Program-made: the position numbers and the translations under genes
Origin: Candidatus Marinacidobacterales bacterium
GTDB lineage: Bacteria > Acidobacteriota > Vicinamibacteria > Marinacidobacterales > DATDRI01
Length of the DNA stretch: 64,000 nt
Direction of reading: 5' to 3'
NCBI GenBank assembly: GCA_965219415.1
Contig: OZ244742.1
Coordinates: forward strand, 71,082-135,081
Shown here: positions 1 through 11,327 of the stretch, piece after piece
Layout: the number at the start of each line of letters is the position of its first letter
Position numbering within the stretch: the stretch's first letter is position 1
Notes under the pieces: model-generated
The model's input: the letters and a program-made list of their open reading frames with translations, nothing else
The model's database searches: none
Told to the model about the DNA's origin: nothing

Positions 1-291
1 TTTCTTACCGATCCGCTTGGAGTTTCTCTTCCTGGCTTGCGTTTCTATTTTCTCGACGGCTTGTTGAATAGAGGAATACAGATCATCGGACTCCTCGACC
101 GCCGTTAGATAGGTGTTGCCCCGGCTATGGACGTTTACCTCTGCGCGCTGCCGGTACTTTTGCACCGACAGGGTCACGTGGATATCCGTGATGCCGTCGA
201 TGAATCGGTCCAGTTTGTTTACTTTGGACTCAGCAAACGCCTTCAACGGGCCCGTGATGTCGATCTGCCGCCCGGTGATATGGATGCTCAT
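1..291 (-). CDS. hpf: Ribosome hibernation promoting factor (HPF/YfiA, sigma-54 modulation protein); 3' end runs off the window
   Basis: Not in the ORF track because it is partial. Minus-strand ATG at 291..289 follows an AGGAGG RBS. My translation is MSIHITGRQIDITGPLKAFAESKVNKLDRFIDGITDIHVTLSVQKYRQRAEVNVHSRGNTYLTAVEESDDLYSSIQQAVEKIE..., typical of HPF. It sits in the canonical position just downstream of rpoN. Confidence 0.85.
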   Translation of the reverse strand, partial: MSIHITGRQIDITGPLKAFAESKVNKLDRFIDGITDIHVTLSVQKYRQRAEVNVHSRGNTYLTAVEESDDLYSSIQQAVEKIETQARKRNSKRIGKK

Positions 292-422
292 TCGCTCCTC
301 CTGTGAGGATGCTGGCTTCTTTCCTCTATTCCCTCTCCCTTTGGGAAAGTTCGGCGTCAAGAGTCGGTGTGCCCTTAATCAAGGGCGTCAGACGCCGAGT
401 GAGGGGTCCGCAATAAACACCA

Positions 423-1901
423 CTAATTGGTGAAGGGGCTGCTATAGAGATTCTTCCGCTGGTTGGAGGGAGGGATGCGCAGCTCCTCGCGATACTTGGC
501 GATGGTTCTTCTGGCGAGCCTCAGTCCTTCCCTCTCGAGGATGCTGACGATCTTGGAATCGGAGAGTGGTCGCTTGGTATTTTCCTCCTCGACGATCTTT
601 CTGATTCTCTGCTTGATCGTGACCGAGGAAACGGCCTCGCCGTAGGTACTGGCGATACCGCTGTGAAAGAAGTATTTCATTTCGAAGACACCCTGAACGG
701 TGTGTATGTATTTGTTGCTGACCACCCGCGACACCGTCGATTCGTGCATACCGATGTCGATCGCCACATCCCTGAGAACCAGCGGACGCAAATGCTCCAG
801 CCCGTTATCCAGGAACTCTTTCTGCTGACGTACGATGCTTTGCGATACTTTGTAAATCGTCTTCTGGCGCTGGTCTACAGACTTGATGAGCCACAGGGCG
901 TTTCGCAACTTCTCCTTAACGTACGACCGTGTCGCTTCGTTGTCCGCCGACTTGTTCTCCAGCATTCGCCGATACACAGAGCTTATGCGCAGCTGCGGCA
1001 AGCGATCCTCGTTCAGAACGATCTCATATTTGTCGTCCACCTTGACCACGTAAACGTCTGGAGTAACGTACTGGCTCTTTTTCGGGTTGTGCTTCGAGCC
1101 CGGTTTCGGGTCGAGCCGCCGGATGATCTCGCAACGCTCCAAGACTTCATCCATCGGAATGCCGAGGGCCTTGGCGAGCTCGTTGAACCGGTGGCTCTGC
1201 AGTAGGTCTAAATGGTTGGCGACCATAGACTCTACCACCAGGTCCTCGACATCCAGGTGCTTGAGCTGGATCAAGAGACACTCGCGTAGGTCTCTCGCAG
1301 CGACGCCGATGGGATCGAATTCCTGCACGACCGCGAGTGCCTTCTCGACATCTGCTTGCTTGTAGTTGCCCATGGAGCAGATTTCTTCGACCGAGGCCTG
1401 CAGGTATCCATCATCGTCGACGTTGCCGACAATCGCGTGGCCGATCTCTAGCATGAGAGCCTCTGCGCTCGACATGCGAAGCTGCCAATCCAGGTGATCT
1501 GCTAACGAGGAAGACGTGGCAAGGGTATTCTCGATGGGAGGAAGCTCGGGAACCTCGTACGGCGTTCGCGGCCGGTAACCGTCGTCGAGGTAATCGCTGA
1601 AGAACGACTCATAGTCTATCTCCGAAAACGAGTCGTCGTCCTTGTCTGGCGCCTTCTCTTCAGTCTCGGCGGTCTGTTGGGTTTCGGCAGTCTCCGTTTT
1701 TTCCTCGTTGCTGCTCGCTTCTTCCTTTTGGTTCTCGACCTCGTCTTCGAGGAGTGGATTCTCGGTGAGCTCTTGGTTCAGCATCTCAGCGAGCTCGAGG
1801 GTCGACATGGGTAGCAGCTTGATAGCCTGCTGCAAGGAGGGCGTGAGGATGAGCTTTTGCGAGAGCTTGGCTTGAAGCGCTAGCTTTTGATACATCGCCA
1901 T
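423..1901 (-). CDS. rpoN: RNA polymerase sigma-54 factor
   Basis: ORF 423..1958. Region I reads MYQKLALQAKLSQKLILTPSLQQAIKLLPMSTLEL and is followed by an acidic linker. The C-terminal RpoN box reads LARRTIAKYREELRIPPSNQRK. Start moved to the ATG at 1901, which has a GGGAG RBS; the ATG at 1895 is also possible. Confidence 0.95.
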   Translation of the reverse strand: MAMYQKLALQAKLSQKLILTPSLQQAIKLLPMSTLELAEMLNQELTENPLLEDEVENQKEEASSNEEKTETAETQQTAETEEKAPDKDDDSFSEIDYESFFSDYLDDGYRPRTPYEVPELPPIENTLATSSSLADHLDWQLRMSSAEALMLEIGHAIVGNVDDDGYLQASVEEICSMGNYKQADVEKALAVVQEFDPIGVAARDLRECLLIQLKHLDVEDLVVESMVANHLDLLQSHRFNELAKALGIPMDEVLERCEIIRRLDPKPGSKHNPKKSQYVTPDVYVVKVDDKYEIVLNEDRLPQLRISSVYRRMLENKSADNEATRSYVKEKLRNALWLIKSVDQRQKTIYKVSQSIVRQQKEFLDNGLEHLRPLVLRDVAIDIGMHESTVSRVVSNKYIHTVQGVFEMKYFFHSGIASTYGEAVSSVTIKQRIRKIVEEENTKRPLSDSKIVSILEREGLRLARRTIAKYREELRIPPSNQRKNLYSSPFTN

Positions 1902-1973
1902 GCCTGAGACTCCCGTTTTGCCGAAGAGGGTCCTCGCTAGCTTCTGCCGCGCTCTCACTAACAGCGGGTAGCG

Positions 1974-2702
1974 CTAGTCGAGTCTAAATTCTTCTCCCAA
2001 ATACACCCGGCGTACCTCTTCATCGGTCGCTAGTTCGGCCGGTGATCCGGCGCGGAAGATGCGGCCCTCGTTCATAATGTACGCACGGTCGGTGATTTGG
2101 AGCGTTTCCCTCACGTTGTGGTCCGTTATCAAAATTCCAATCCCGCGTGATTTGAGATGATGAACAATTTTTTGAATGTCCCCTACTGCAATTGGATCGA
2201 TGCCGGCAAATGGTTCGTCGAGAAGCATGAAGGATGGAGAGGTGACGAGGGCGCGCGTAATTTCAGCACGTCGCCGCTCCCCGCCGGATAGGGTATAGGC
2301 CCTAGCTTTGGCCTTGCTGGTGAGGCCCAGCTCACCGAGGAGTGCTCCCAACCGGCGCTGCTTCTCGCCCGGGCGCAGCGGAAGTGTTTCCAAGATGGCG
2401 AGAACGTTTTCTTCGACCGTGAGTTTGCGAAATATAGAGGGCTCTTGGGGGAGGTAGTTGATCCCGCTACGGGCCCGCAGATACATCGGGAGCAGCGTGA
2501 TGTCCTTGTTGTTGAGATAAACATTCCCTTCATCGGGTCGAGTTAGCCCTACCACCATGTGGAAGGTCGTCGTCTTCCCGGCACCGTTCGGCCCCAGGAG
2601 GCCTACAACCTCACCCTCGTGAACCTCTAGGCTTACGTCGTCGACCACTTTTCGTCGACGAAAAGACTTCGCTAGCGACCGTGCCCTCAATATTTGCATC
2701 AA
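1974..2702 (-). CDS. lptB: LPS export ABC transporter ATP-binding protein LptB
   Basis: Walker [13 protein letters not shown] signature LSGGERRR, Walker [13 protein letters not shown]. Lies between the OstA-family gene and rpoN, as in canonical lptCAB-rpoN-hpf loci. Confidence 0.9.
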   Translation of the reverse strand: MMQILRARSLAKSFRRRKVVDDVSLEVHEGEVVGLLGPNGAGKTTTFHMVVGLTRPDEGNVYLNNKDITLLPMYLRARSGINYLPQEPSIFRKLTVEENVLAILETLPLRPGEKQRRLGALLGELGLTSKAKARAYTLSGGERRRAEITRALVTSPSFMLLDEPFAGIDPIAVGDIQKIVHHLKSRGIGILITDHNVRETLQITDRAYIMNEGRIFRAGSPAELATDEEVRRVYLGEEFRLD

Positions 2703-4772
2703 TTAGGGGCGCGATCCGGAATATGTGGTCTTCGTGCGGCGTTGTTCCCTGCCGTCGATAAAAATCTTATCGTCCGACAGAAAGAAAGTCAACTCCTTGC
2801 CTTCTGTGACTTTATCGCCATCTTCGAGGGTCGCTCGTTCGCCGCTCACGTGTACCTCTTCGCGCGCTGGCACGTATGTTGCTGTCTCGCCGCGAGCCTT
2901 CCCGGTGGCCGATTCGATCTCCACGTTCCCCTCCGCATCGATCTGCTTGACCGCCTCGCCCCCCTCTTCGAAGTTCACATCCACCTTTTCCCCACGGAGG
3001 ACGAAGTCCCCCGAGGTCATCACAACCTCCTTGGTGTAGGTCAGCACCTCGTCTTTCGAGCGGTAGAGAAGATGCCCCGCCCGGGTGTAGGTCAACTGCG
3101 GCTTCGCCGGTTCGCCGCCCCCACGCTCTTGGTCGTCTCCGGTCTCGTCACCGACCACACTCGGAGATGCTTTTTGCGGGAGCGTGGTGCGGACGGAGTC
3201 GGTTGCCTCCAGTTCTCCTTTGGCTTGCGACACCGCGATGCGCTCCGCCTCCAAGCGATTGGTCCCCTGGAAGCCTCGTGCCGCTCCGCTGTAAATGGCC
3301 AAGTCTTGCGCCCGGTCGTACACGAGGTGCTCCGCCAAGAAATAGACCAGGTCGTCCTTCTCGCCGGGCAAAAAACCGATACTATCCGACGATGCCGAGG
3401 CCATCGTGGAACGCACCCGACCAATGGCTTCGAGCGCACCGGTGACGACTTGAATCCGCACCTCTTCGGCTTCCAATTCCGCGCCCGCATCCCATAGACG
3501 TGGTGACTCGGTAAGAGTTAGAAGTTCCCGCTGTGAGCGGTAGAGTCCTTCCTCGGCTTCGGCGTGCAAATCGCCATGGGAAAACTTGACCTGATGTGAG
3601 CATTTCGCCATGCGCAGCTCTCCGGTCTCGGGATCAAATCGACTCTCGAGCTCACGCGCCGTGACTCGTCGAACTTCCTCCGGTTTGCCCCCCTCCGGCT
3701 CGAGAGTGAGCACGACGTTGCCACGCCCGTTAAGGAGGTTCAACCGTCCCTCCTCGTCGAACTGGAAGACGAGCGTATTTCCCTCCAGCTGACGTCTCAT
3801 CCCCAGCTTCTTGGCGGACGAAACGGGAGGCTCGAGGGTAAGCTTCGCATCCTTTGTGGCACGCATGCGCCTCATCGTGCTCCCGTCCGGCCGAAACTCC
3901 ACTTCGAGTCTCTGGCTGGTCAAGCGCTTTCGGCCAGGCTGGTCGAGAGGACGGACCGCGTGATCTTGCTCTGCGTCTGTTTCGGTGTTTTCTGTCGCAG
4001 CATCGAGCACCATTCGCACGTCCCGCTCGGCGACGAGTTCCTCGATGCCGCTTTCGTCCTCTGTCATGTGTAGCCGGAGCAAGCCGCTTCTCAAACGATA
4101 TGAGCCTTGGCGGACTCTCACGTCGTCGATGAATCGGACCAGTCTCTCGCGGCGTCGGATCTTGGCCCAGACGCTCTCCACATGAACGGGTTCGCCGCCA
4201 TCATCGGGAGTGAACGTCATGGCGACGCCTTCTCCGAGCTCGAAGGCATTGCCGGCTACTTGGTACACCAGCCCGCCCGCTTCACCCACCAGGCCGCGGT
4301 GGAAATATTTAACGGGATCGTCCGTCCAAACCCGCTTCGGTTTGGGGCGATAGTCCATAGTCGGCGCTTCAATGCGCAAATGCTCCCCGTCTACGATGAC
4401 GACGTTGCCTTCTAAATGGACCTCCGAAGAGGCGACATCGTACTCGCAGACGTCGGCGGTCACCGTAAGGGGAACGGGTTCGGTCTTGCCGGCTTCGAAC
4501 CGGATCTCCACATCACGAAACGTTTGGGTGTCCTCGGATTGCCCGACGCTCTCGGCAGCTCTCAGCTCGAAGACTTTCTCGCCATCGGCATCGAGGCGAG
4601 AGATCTCGACGCCGCGCGCCATCGGGTCGTCTCGATTGGCGGGAAGGACTGTAGATGAAGAACGCTTCGAAGCGTTGTAGGAGGTTAAAAACTGATACGC
4701 CAAAACCGCGCTAAAACATACCAGAACGGCGGCCAGCAGTTGCTTGACCCGGCGAATCTGGTTGAGAGTCAT
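2703..4772 (-). CDS. Membrane-anchored OstA/LptC-LptA family protein (689 aa), apparently LptC plus several LptA-like modules in one polypeptide
   Basis: N-terminal anchor MTLNQIRRVKQLLAAVLVCFSAVLAYQFL. The rest is long, beta-rich and repetitive, with recurring motifs of the type L.G.V....GD..L.A..V. Its stop abuts the lptB start (2703/2702) and its start overlaps the accA stop by 1 nt. Confidence 0.7.
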   Translation of the reverse strand: MTLNQIRRVKQLLAAVLVCFSAVLAYQFLTSYNASKRSSSTVLPANRDDPMARGVEISRLDADGEKVFELRAAESVGQSEDTQTFRDVEIRFEAGKTEPVPLTVTADVCEYDVASSEVHLEGNVVIVDGEHLRIEAPTMDYRPKPKRVWTDDPVKYFHRGLVGEAGGLVYQVAGNAFELGEGVAMTFTPDDGGEPVHVESVWAKIRRRERLVRFIDDVRVRQGSYRLRSGLLRLHMTEDESGIEELVAERDVRMVLDAATENTETDAEQDHAVRPLDQPGRKRLTSQRLEVEFRPDGSTMRRMRATKDAKLTLEPPVSSAKKLGMRRQLEGNTLVFQFDEEGRLNLLNGRGNVVLTLEPEGGKPEEVRRVTARELESRFDPETGELRMAKCSHQVKFSHGDLHAEAEEGLYRSQRELLTLTESPRLWDAGAELEAEEVRIQVVTGALEAIGRVRSTMASASSDSIGFLPGEKDDLVYFLAEHLVYDRAQDLAIYSGAARGFQGTNRLEAERIAVSQAKGELEATDSVRTTLPQKASPSVVGDETGDDQERGGGEPAKPQLTYTRAGHLLYRSKDEVLTYTKEVVMTSGDFVLRGEKVDVNFEEGGEAVKQIDAEGNVEIESATGKARGETATYVPAREEVHVSGERATLEDGDKVTEGKELTFFLSDDKIFIDGREQRRTKTTYSGSRP

Positions 4773-5737
4773 TAGCCGCTTTCTTGTTCGAGGCTCACGC
4801 TGCCCATTTGGCGAAACTTTTGGTAGCGTGCCTCGAGCCGCTCCTCGGAGTTCATCGTTTCAACCCGCGCCAGGCTCCGCACCAGGTAGTCGTCGAGAAT
4901 CTCCGCGGTACGACGATGATCGCTGTGGGCGCCGCCCAGCGGCTCGGGAACGACCTCATCGATCAGTCCGAAAGACAGAAGGTCTTGAGCAGTCAGTCTC
5001 AAACCGTTGGCCGCAGTTTCCGCTTTCCCGGTATGCTTCCACAGAATCGCCGCACACCCTTCGGGGGAAATAACAGAGTAGATGGAATGCTCGAGCATGA
5101 GGATCTCGTCGCCGATGGCGATGGCCAATGCGCCGCCGCTCCCCCCTTCGCCGGTCACCGTCACCACGATGGGCGTATCGAGTCGAGCGATTTCGCGGAT
5201 GTTGTACGCGATCGCTTCCGCCTGTCCACGTTCCTCGGCGTCGAGGCCCGGGTAGGCTCCGGGCGTATCGACGAACGCAAACAGCGGACGTCGGAATTTT
5301 TCCGCCAAACGCATCACGCGCATCGCCTTGCGATAGCCTTCCGGTTTGGGCATCCCGAAGTTGCGAAAAATTTTCTGGTTGGTGTCCCGCCCCTTTTGAT
5401 GGCCGACCACGAAGACCGGGCGGTCGTGATGCCAAGCCATTCCGGCGACGATGGCTGGATCGTCTGCGAAGCGCCGATCACCGTGGAGCTCGATGAAATC
5501 GCGGAAGAGCAGCTGGATGAAATCTCTCAAATAGGGTCGCTGTGGGTGCCGGGCTACCTGCACCTTCTGCCAAGGCGTGAGACGAGAAAAAATGTCCCGC
5601 CGCATCTGCTTCAGTTTTTGCTGGAGACGGGCGACCTCCGGCTCCTTGTTGGCCTCTTTCGGGTAGCCGGTGAGAGACTCGATCTCTTTCTGGAGCGCCA
5701 CCAGAGGGGCTTCGAAGCCCAGTGAGTCCGCTGCCAT
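4772..5737 (-). CDS. accA: Acetyl-CoA carboxylase carboxyltransferase subunit alpha
   Basis: 321 aa. Typical AccA sequence: ...LTPWQKVQVARHPQRPY...FAFVDTPGAYPGLDAEERGQAEAIA.... Confidence 0.93.
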   Translation of the reverse strand: MAADSLGFEAPLVALQKEIESLTGYPKEANKEPEVARLQQKLKQMRRDIFSRLTPWQKVQVARHPQRPYLRDFIQLLFRDFIELHGDRRFADDPAIVAGMAWHHDRPVFVVGHQKGRDTNQKIFRNFGMPKPEGYRKAMRVMRLAEKFRRPLFAFVDTPGAYPGLDAEERGQAEAIAYNIREIARLDTPIVVTVTGEGGSGGALAIAIGDEILMLEHSIYSVISPEGCAAILWKHTGKAETAANGLRLTAQDLLSFGLIDEVVPEPLGGAHSDHRRTAEILDDYLVRSLARVETMNSEERLEARYQKFRQMGSVSLEQESG

Positions 5738-5930
5738 AGCAGACCAGTCTAGCAGGAAACCGCGAGGGACGGGAAGCGCGGGGCCTAACCTGCTTTTCTG
5801 GAAGGTGTTTAGCCGATTGGCGGGGTTTCCGAGACGCTTTCGAGGTCACGCGGTTGCGCGTGATCTGCATTCGCGATATGACAACGCAATGTATTCCTAA
5901 ACGAACGGAGACATAGGCCTGACTCGAAGC

Positions 5931-6896
5931 GTGAAGTTTCTGCTCGCCCTCGTGCTGGCGGTGAGCTGTAGCGACAGTACACCTACTTCGCCGAGCTTCA
6001 GCCTCTCCGAGCTTTGCGAATATCGCTCCCTCGAGCGCGTTTCCGGCGGGGACGGTTCTCCGCATCGTCTCCGGTGCGGCTGGGACACCCGTCGGGGGCG
6101 CCGAGGTTGAGGTCGGCGGTACTTTCTACGAAACCGACGCCACCGGCCGGCTAACCCTATCTACCGGGGTCGAACGGGACACGCGGTTGGACATCGCAGC
6201 CGACGGATTTCTGGATCGTGAGACTCTCCTTCGAACGCCGGACAGCACCCGCCTCACCCTCTGGCCGCGCGAGCATTCGAGCGGGATCACACCGAAGAGT
6301 TCACAAGAAACATCGTGTATGGCGGCCCTGGCGCGCTCCACGGCTTGATACGACTCCCTTTGGGCGAATCGGATGCCTACGTTGTGCCGTCTTAGCAGAT
6401 ACGAAATGACGTCCATGCCATACGAGCGGTAAATACTGCCGCCGCCAACTTCGGGAAGGCCACACGCGGGGAACTCCGGTTCATTGTCACGGAGAGGCCC
6501 CCTTCCGGCGCGGTGGTCTTCGACCTCGAAGTCGACCCCAACCATCCGGATGTGGTGGGTTTCGCTGCGGTCGCCTTGCGGGAATTCCAGGGGTTTTCGA
6601 TCGTGGGAGGATCCGCGATCTTCGATTCCATCGAGAGGGTTCGCACGTCCACGACCCCACATGAGTTGGGGCATCTGTACGGCCTCGGGCATACCAGCGG
6701 CACCAAAGACGTGATGAATACCTTCCGGCGGCGGGGTACCATTGAGCGGTTCCACCCCCGCGAGGAGGTTACGATGCGGCTCATGCTTCAACGACTCCCG
6801 AGAAACGAGTTCCCCGACGGCGATAGGAATGTCCGGACTCCGTCCGCCCTCATGGCCGGAGAAGCGAGGGTTTCCGTCGTCCGTTGCCCATATTGA
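5931..6896 (+). pseudogene. Lipoprotein zinc metalloprotease (metzincin-type HELGHLYGLGH), disrupted by two frameshifts and an in-frame TAG
   Basis: GTG at 5931 gives the lipoprotein signal VKFLLALVLAVSC. The reading then continues in frame +1 (..PAGTVLRIVSGAAGTPVGGAEVEVGGTFYETDATGRLTL..) after a T-run at 6013-6015. It returns to frame 0 near the G-run at 6283-6285 (..EEFTRNIVYGGPGALHG..). There is an in-frame TAG at 6393-6395. ORF 6513..6896 carries HELGHLYGLGH. Confidence 0.6.
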
Positions 6897-6944
6897 CAAC
6901 AGACCCGCTGCGCCGATTGAAGCCTATTGGAAGGGAACGCGCCG

Positions 6945-7774
6945 CTACTCGGTGCCGGTCGAAAGGGCTCTGTAGACGCCTTCTATGTTGAGCTCGAGGT
7001 GCTCGTCGTATCGGCCCCAGTCCGCGTAGGCAGGAAGTTCCAGCGATTCTTGAATCTCTGCCAGAGTCTGCCCTTGATCTACTCGCTCTCGGACCGTCTC
7101 GATCAAGTCGGTGAAGTATTGGACGTATTCGCCTACGTTCGCTTTCGTGCCGATAGCCCCGTGCCCGGGCGCCAGGATCTCGAAATCCAGCCTATCTAAT
7201 TCCTTGAGCGCGGCGAGCCATTCGGAGGGATTCGCGTTCCCGAGGGTGCGCCACGGGAGCCGCCTAGATGCGACCGCGTCCACCATGAACGCGACCTTGC
7301 GTTCGGGGACTAGAACAATAATGTTACTGTCCGTCTCGGACGGGCCGGGGTAGATGAGCTGCACTTCCAGGTCGCCAAGGTGAAACGACATGAGGTCCGA
7401 GAACGTCATGTCGACCGGGACGATGCTGCCCCCGGAATCCCCCGAAAGATGCCCCGGAACGTTCGCGTGTCCGACGACAACGGCCTCGTCGCCGAAAGCC
7501 GATCCGCCAGAGATGTGGTCATCATGGTGGTGGCTATAGACGATATACCGGATGGGCGCCTGACTGATCTTTCGCACCTCCTCGAAATAGCGCAACGCCT
7601 TTCGGGTGATTGAGGGTCGGTGACGAGGATCGCTTTGTCGGTCACGACGAAGAGTGAGCGATGGGCATTGTGTGTGTACAGGCAAACGTTATCCGCCAGC
7701 TTGTCGACGGTGATGGTCGGCTCTGCTTGAGCCGACAAGAAAAGCCAGCTACTGAGAACGAGTGTGATGATCAT
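6945..7774 (-). CDS. Secreted MBL-fold metallo-hydrolase; one frameshift at homopolymer 7615-7617 (pseudogene or sequencing error)
   Basis: ORF 7406..7804 supplies the signal peptide and first strands ([54 protein letters not shown]). ORF 6945..7685 supplies the rest, including the HHHDDH metal motif. The two join if CCC is read as CCCC. Confidence 0.7.
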
Positions 7775-10700
7775 CGGTGCCTCCTGTCCCCCGCGAAGGT
7801 ACATTCTCGGCGACGGCTTCGCCTTCGGTTGCCCCCTTACGGAAAAGCTGAACTGAGTCCGGACCGCACATGGCCTCGAGACTCGAGACGAGCTCCGGGC
7901 TGGGTCGTACTCTCAAAAAAGGATGGGTTTTCATAGCCAAGGAGAACTCCTGGTCGCGAAAGAGCTCGAAGCGGATAGTACATTCGCCTCGGTTAGCCTC
8001 CAGCAACTCCCGTAGATGAGGAACGGTATCTTCCAGGAACGACTCAATGGGAACACGGACCGTCATCGAGGAGGCTTCTCTCTGGCCCATTTCTTCGAGC
8101 GGTATCAGCTCGCTCGCTAAAATTTTGGGCAAGTCTTCCCCGCCCTCCGGCTTTCCCTTCACGAGCAACTCGGTGTCGACGCTCAGCAGGCCATAGTACT
8201 CCTTGTAAGCGTCGGGAAATACCACGACCTCCGCCGCGCCCTCCTGGTCTTCCAGTCGCACGATAGCCATCGGGTCTCCCTTGCGAGTGCGGAGGGTCTT
8301 CACGCTTGCGATAAGACCTCCCACCGCCACTTCCCGCTCTCCGACCTTCTCCATGATCTGGCCCGTAGTGCAACTGGCGTAGCTCTCGAGCTCAGCGCGA
8401 AACCTCTCCAGCGGATGGCCGCTCAAGAAAAAGCCAAGCGTCGCCTTTTCGAAACCCAATCGCTCCCTCTCACTCCATTCGGGAAGGTCGGGTAGCCTCA
8501 TCAGCTCGGGATGTCGCCGCGTGGCCTCGGCGTCACCGAAGAGGTTCGCCTGTCCGCTCTCTCGGTCGCGTTGGACGCGCTGCCCGTGGTCGAGCGCGCG
8601 GTCGATCATCCCGTAGAGTTGGGACCGCTTGCCTCCTAGTGTGTCGAGGCTACTGGACTTGATGAGCGCCTCGAGCACTCTCTTGTTCACCAAACGCAGG
8701 TCCACGTCCTCGCAAAGATCGACCAGTGACTCGAAGCACCCTCCCCGGTTGCGCCGCGCTTCCAGGATCGACTCGATGGCCGATTCTCCGACGTTTTTGA
8801 TAGCAGCCAGACCGAAACGGATCTCTCCCTCGACCACTGTGAAATCCAAGGCGCTCTCGTTGATGTCGGGGGGGAGAATCTTGATGCCCATCTTTCGCCC
8901 CACACTCAAATAGTGAACCACCTTGTCGGTGTTTTGTCTTTCCGAGGTCAAGAGAGCGGCCATGAAGAAGACGGGATAGTTCGCCTTCAGATAGGCGGTT
9001 TGATAGGCCAAGAGCGCATAGGCGGCGGAGTGTGAGCGGTTGAAACCATAACCGCCAAAATGCTCCATCAATTCGAATATCTTCTTTGCTTTCTTCTCCG
9101 GGATTTTGTTAGCGATCGCGCCAGTGATGAACTTCTCTCGCTGTGCCTCCATGACATCGGCCTTTTTCTTGCCCATCGCCTTTCGGAGGAGATCCGCCTG
9201 GCCGAGCGAGAAACCTGCCAGGCGGGAGGCGATCTGCATCACTTGCTCCTGGTAGACCATCACTCCCAACGTGTCCTCGAGGACCTCCTGCAGTGCCGGC
9301 ACTTCGTAACGCACGGGAACCTTGCCGTGCTTCCGCTTGATGAAGTCGTCGATCATTCCGCTCCGGATCGGTCCGGGACGGTAGAGCGCGTTTAGTGCGG
9401 TCAAGTCGTTTAGTTTTTCTGGCTTGAAGCGACGCAGTATGTCCCTCATGCCATCGCTTTCAAACTGGAAGATGCCGAACGTTTGCCCATCGGCGAAGAG
9501 CTGATAGGTCTTGGCATCGTCGAGCGGTAGGCGGTCGAGGTCGATCTTCTCTCCGAGTTGCTTGTCGATGAGCTTCACGCAGTTGTCGAGAAGCGTGAGG
9601 GTGCGAAGTCCCAAGAAGTCCATCTTGAGAAGACCGATGTCTTCGATGTCCTTCATCGCATACTGGGTCGTGATTTCACCTCGGCTCCCGCGATAGAGCG
9701 GGAGGAACTCGGTGAGAGGTTTCGGGGCGATCACCACGCCGGCGGCGTGCGTCGAGGCGTGTCGACTGACGCCTTCCAAGCGTTTGGCTACATCGAGCAG
9801 GCGGCTGATCCTCGGATCGGCTTCGGCGGCGTCTCGTAACTGGGGAACCTCTTCGACCGCCTTGTCGAGCGTTGCATCTAGTGTGGCCGGTATCATCTTC
9901 GCGATGCGATCGACATCTGCGTAAGGCACGTCCAGAACACGACCCACGTCCCGTGTCACCGCGCGGGCCTTCATCGTTCCGAAGGTAATGATCTGTGCGA
10001 CGTTGTCCCGGCCGTAGCGCTCGGTGACGTAGTCGATCACTTCTCCACGACGCGCCTCGCAGAAATCGATGTCGATATCCGGCATGCTGATCCGCTCGGG
10101 GTTCAAGAAACGCTCGAAGATGAGTCCGTGTTCCAGCGGATCGATGTCAGTGATGCGAAGGGAATAGGCGACGAGGCTCCCCGCGGCGGAGCCGCGGCCT
10201 GGCCCAACCGGGATCCCCTGTTCGCGCGCGAAGCGAATGAAATCCCACACGATGAGGAAATAGCCGGGGAAGCCCATTTTCTTGATGATTTCGATCTCTC
10301 GCTTGAGCCGGGGCTCGTATTCGGCCATCGTGGTTCGAAGCTCTCCGGCTTCGTGGCGTTCGACGATCCGCTGCATCCGCTCTCGGAACCCCTCCGAGAC
10401 GATCTTTTCGAAGTAACCTTCGACGGTGTCTCCTTCCGGCACGTCGAATTGCGGGAGGTGGAAGTTATCCCGCTCCAAATCCAAGCTGACCCGTTCTGCA
10501 ATGGCGAGTGTGTTGTCATACGCTTCTTGGTAGCCCTGGAAGACCTCCGCCATCTCTTCGGAGGACTTGAAGTAGAACTCCTCTCCCCGGTACCGCATCC
10601 GGTCGCTGTCGGCGACTTTCTTACCCGTCCCGATGCAAAGTAGGATGTCGTGGGCTAGAGCATCTTCACGGCGTATGTAATGACAGTCGTTGGTAGCAAC

Positions 10701-11327
10701 CGTCGGCAAACCCGTCTTCTGCGCCAGAGCCATCAGTTGGGTATTGACGGTGACTTCCTCTTCGAGCCCTTGGTCTTGGATCTCGAGAAAAAAATTCCCC
10801 TTGCCCAAGATGTCTTCGTAGGTCCCGGCGGCCTTCAGCATCGCAGCTTCGGCGCCTCGAAGCGCCGCGGAGGGCACCTCTCCTTTGAGGCATGCGGACA
10901 GACCGATGAGGCCCTCCGAGTGAGTCGCAAGGAGCTCCTTGTCGATTCGCGGCCTATAGTAAAACCCTTCGAGGTAGCCGGCGGTGACCAACTTCATGAG
11001 GTTGGTGTAGCCTTTGTAACTTTCCGCCAGCAGGACCAAGTGGTTGTTGGTATCGGAAATTCCGCCACCGAGAGAGCGGTCGAAGCGATTACCCGGCGCG
11101 ACGTAGATCTCACAGCCCAGAATCGGCTTGATGCCTTTTTCCTTCGCCGCTTGAAAAAAGGCGATAGCGCCGAACATGTTCCCGTGGTCTGTGAGTGCTA
11201 CGGCGGGCATTTTGAACTGTGCGGCGAGATCGATGATCTCGGGCACACGACTCGCCCCGTCGAGCAGCGAGAAATCGCTGTGGTTGTGAAGGTGAACAAA
11301 AGGTCGCACGCTCTCCCCTACTCCCAT
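7749..11327 (-). CDS. dnaE: DNA polymerase III subunit alpha
   Basis: 1192 aa. N-terminal PHP domain reads [18 protein letters not shown]...[10 protein letters not shown]. Polymerase core and OB-fold regions are typical of DnaE. Confidence 0.95.
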   Translation of the reverse strand: MGVGESVRPFVHLHNHSDFSLLDGASRVPEIIDLAAQFKMPAVALTDHGNMFGAIAFFQAAKEKGIKPILGCEIYVAPGNRFDRSLGGGISDTNNHLVLLAESYKGYTNLMKLVTAGYLEGFYYRPRIDKELLATHSEGLIGLSACLKGEVPSAALRGAEAAMLKAAGTYEDILGKGNFFLEIQDQGLEEEVTVNTQLMALAQKTGLPTVATNDCHYIRREDALAHDILLCIGTGKKVADSDRMRYRGEEFYFKSSEEMAEVFQGYQEAYDNTLAIAERVSLDLERDNFHLPQFDVPEGDTVEGYFEKIVSEGFRERMQRIVERHEAGELRTTMAEYEPRLKREIEIIKKMGFPGYFLIVWDFIRFAREQGIPVGPGRGSAAGSLVAYSLRITDIDPLEHGLIFERFLNPERISMPDIDIDFCEARRGEVIDYVTERYGRDNVAQIITFGTMKARAVTRDVGRVLDVPYADVDRIAKMIPATLDATLDKAVEEVPQLRDAAEADPRISRLLDVAKRLEGVSRHASTHAAGVVIAPKPLTEFLPLYRGSRGEITTQYAMKDIEDIGLLKMDFLGLRTLTLLDNCVKLIDKQLGEKIDLDRLPLDDAKTYQLFADGQTFGIFQFESDGMRDILRRFKPEKLNDLTALNALYRPGPIRSGMIDDFIKRKHGKVPVRYEVPALQEVLEDTLGVMVYQEQVMQIASRLAGFSLGQADLLRKAMGKKKADVMEAQREKFITGAIANKIPEKKAKKIFELMEHFGGYGFNRSHSAAYALLAYQTAYLKANYPVFFMAALLTSERQNTDKVVHYLSVGRKMGIKILPPDINESALDFTVVEGEIRFGLAAIKNVGESAIESILEARRNRGGCFESLVDLCEDVDLRLVNKRVLEALIKSSSLDTLGGKRSQLYGMIDRALDHGQRVQRDRESGQANLFGDAEATRRHPELMRLPDLPEWSERERLGFEKATLGFFLSGHPLERFRAELESYASCTTGQIMEKVGEREVAVGGLIASVKTLRTRKGDPMAIVRLEDQEGAAEVVVFPDAYKEYYGLLSVDTELLVKGKPEGGEDLPKILASELIPLEEMGQREASSMTVRVPIESFLEDTVPHLRELLEANRGECTIRFELFRDQEFSLAMKTHPFLRVRPSPELVSSLEAMCGPDSVQLFRKGATEGEAVAENVPSRGTGGTDDHHTRSQ

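Noticed and set aside
4784-5725. 313-aa plus-strand ORF
   Set aside because: It is entirely antisense to accA and has no recognisable motif.
6393-6395. In-frame TAG codons (also 25242-25244) considered as recoding or pyrrolysine-type read-through
   Set aside because: Both lie in genes with additional lesions, and TAG is used as a normal stop elsewhere in the window (for example operon gene 8 and the M16 peptidase). A nonsense mutation is simpler.
6126-6899. 257-aa minus-strand ORF
   Set aside because: It is antisense to the metalloprotease remnant, which carries a real HELGHLYGLGH motif. The composition is R/G/P-rich and typical of a GC-rich shadow frame.
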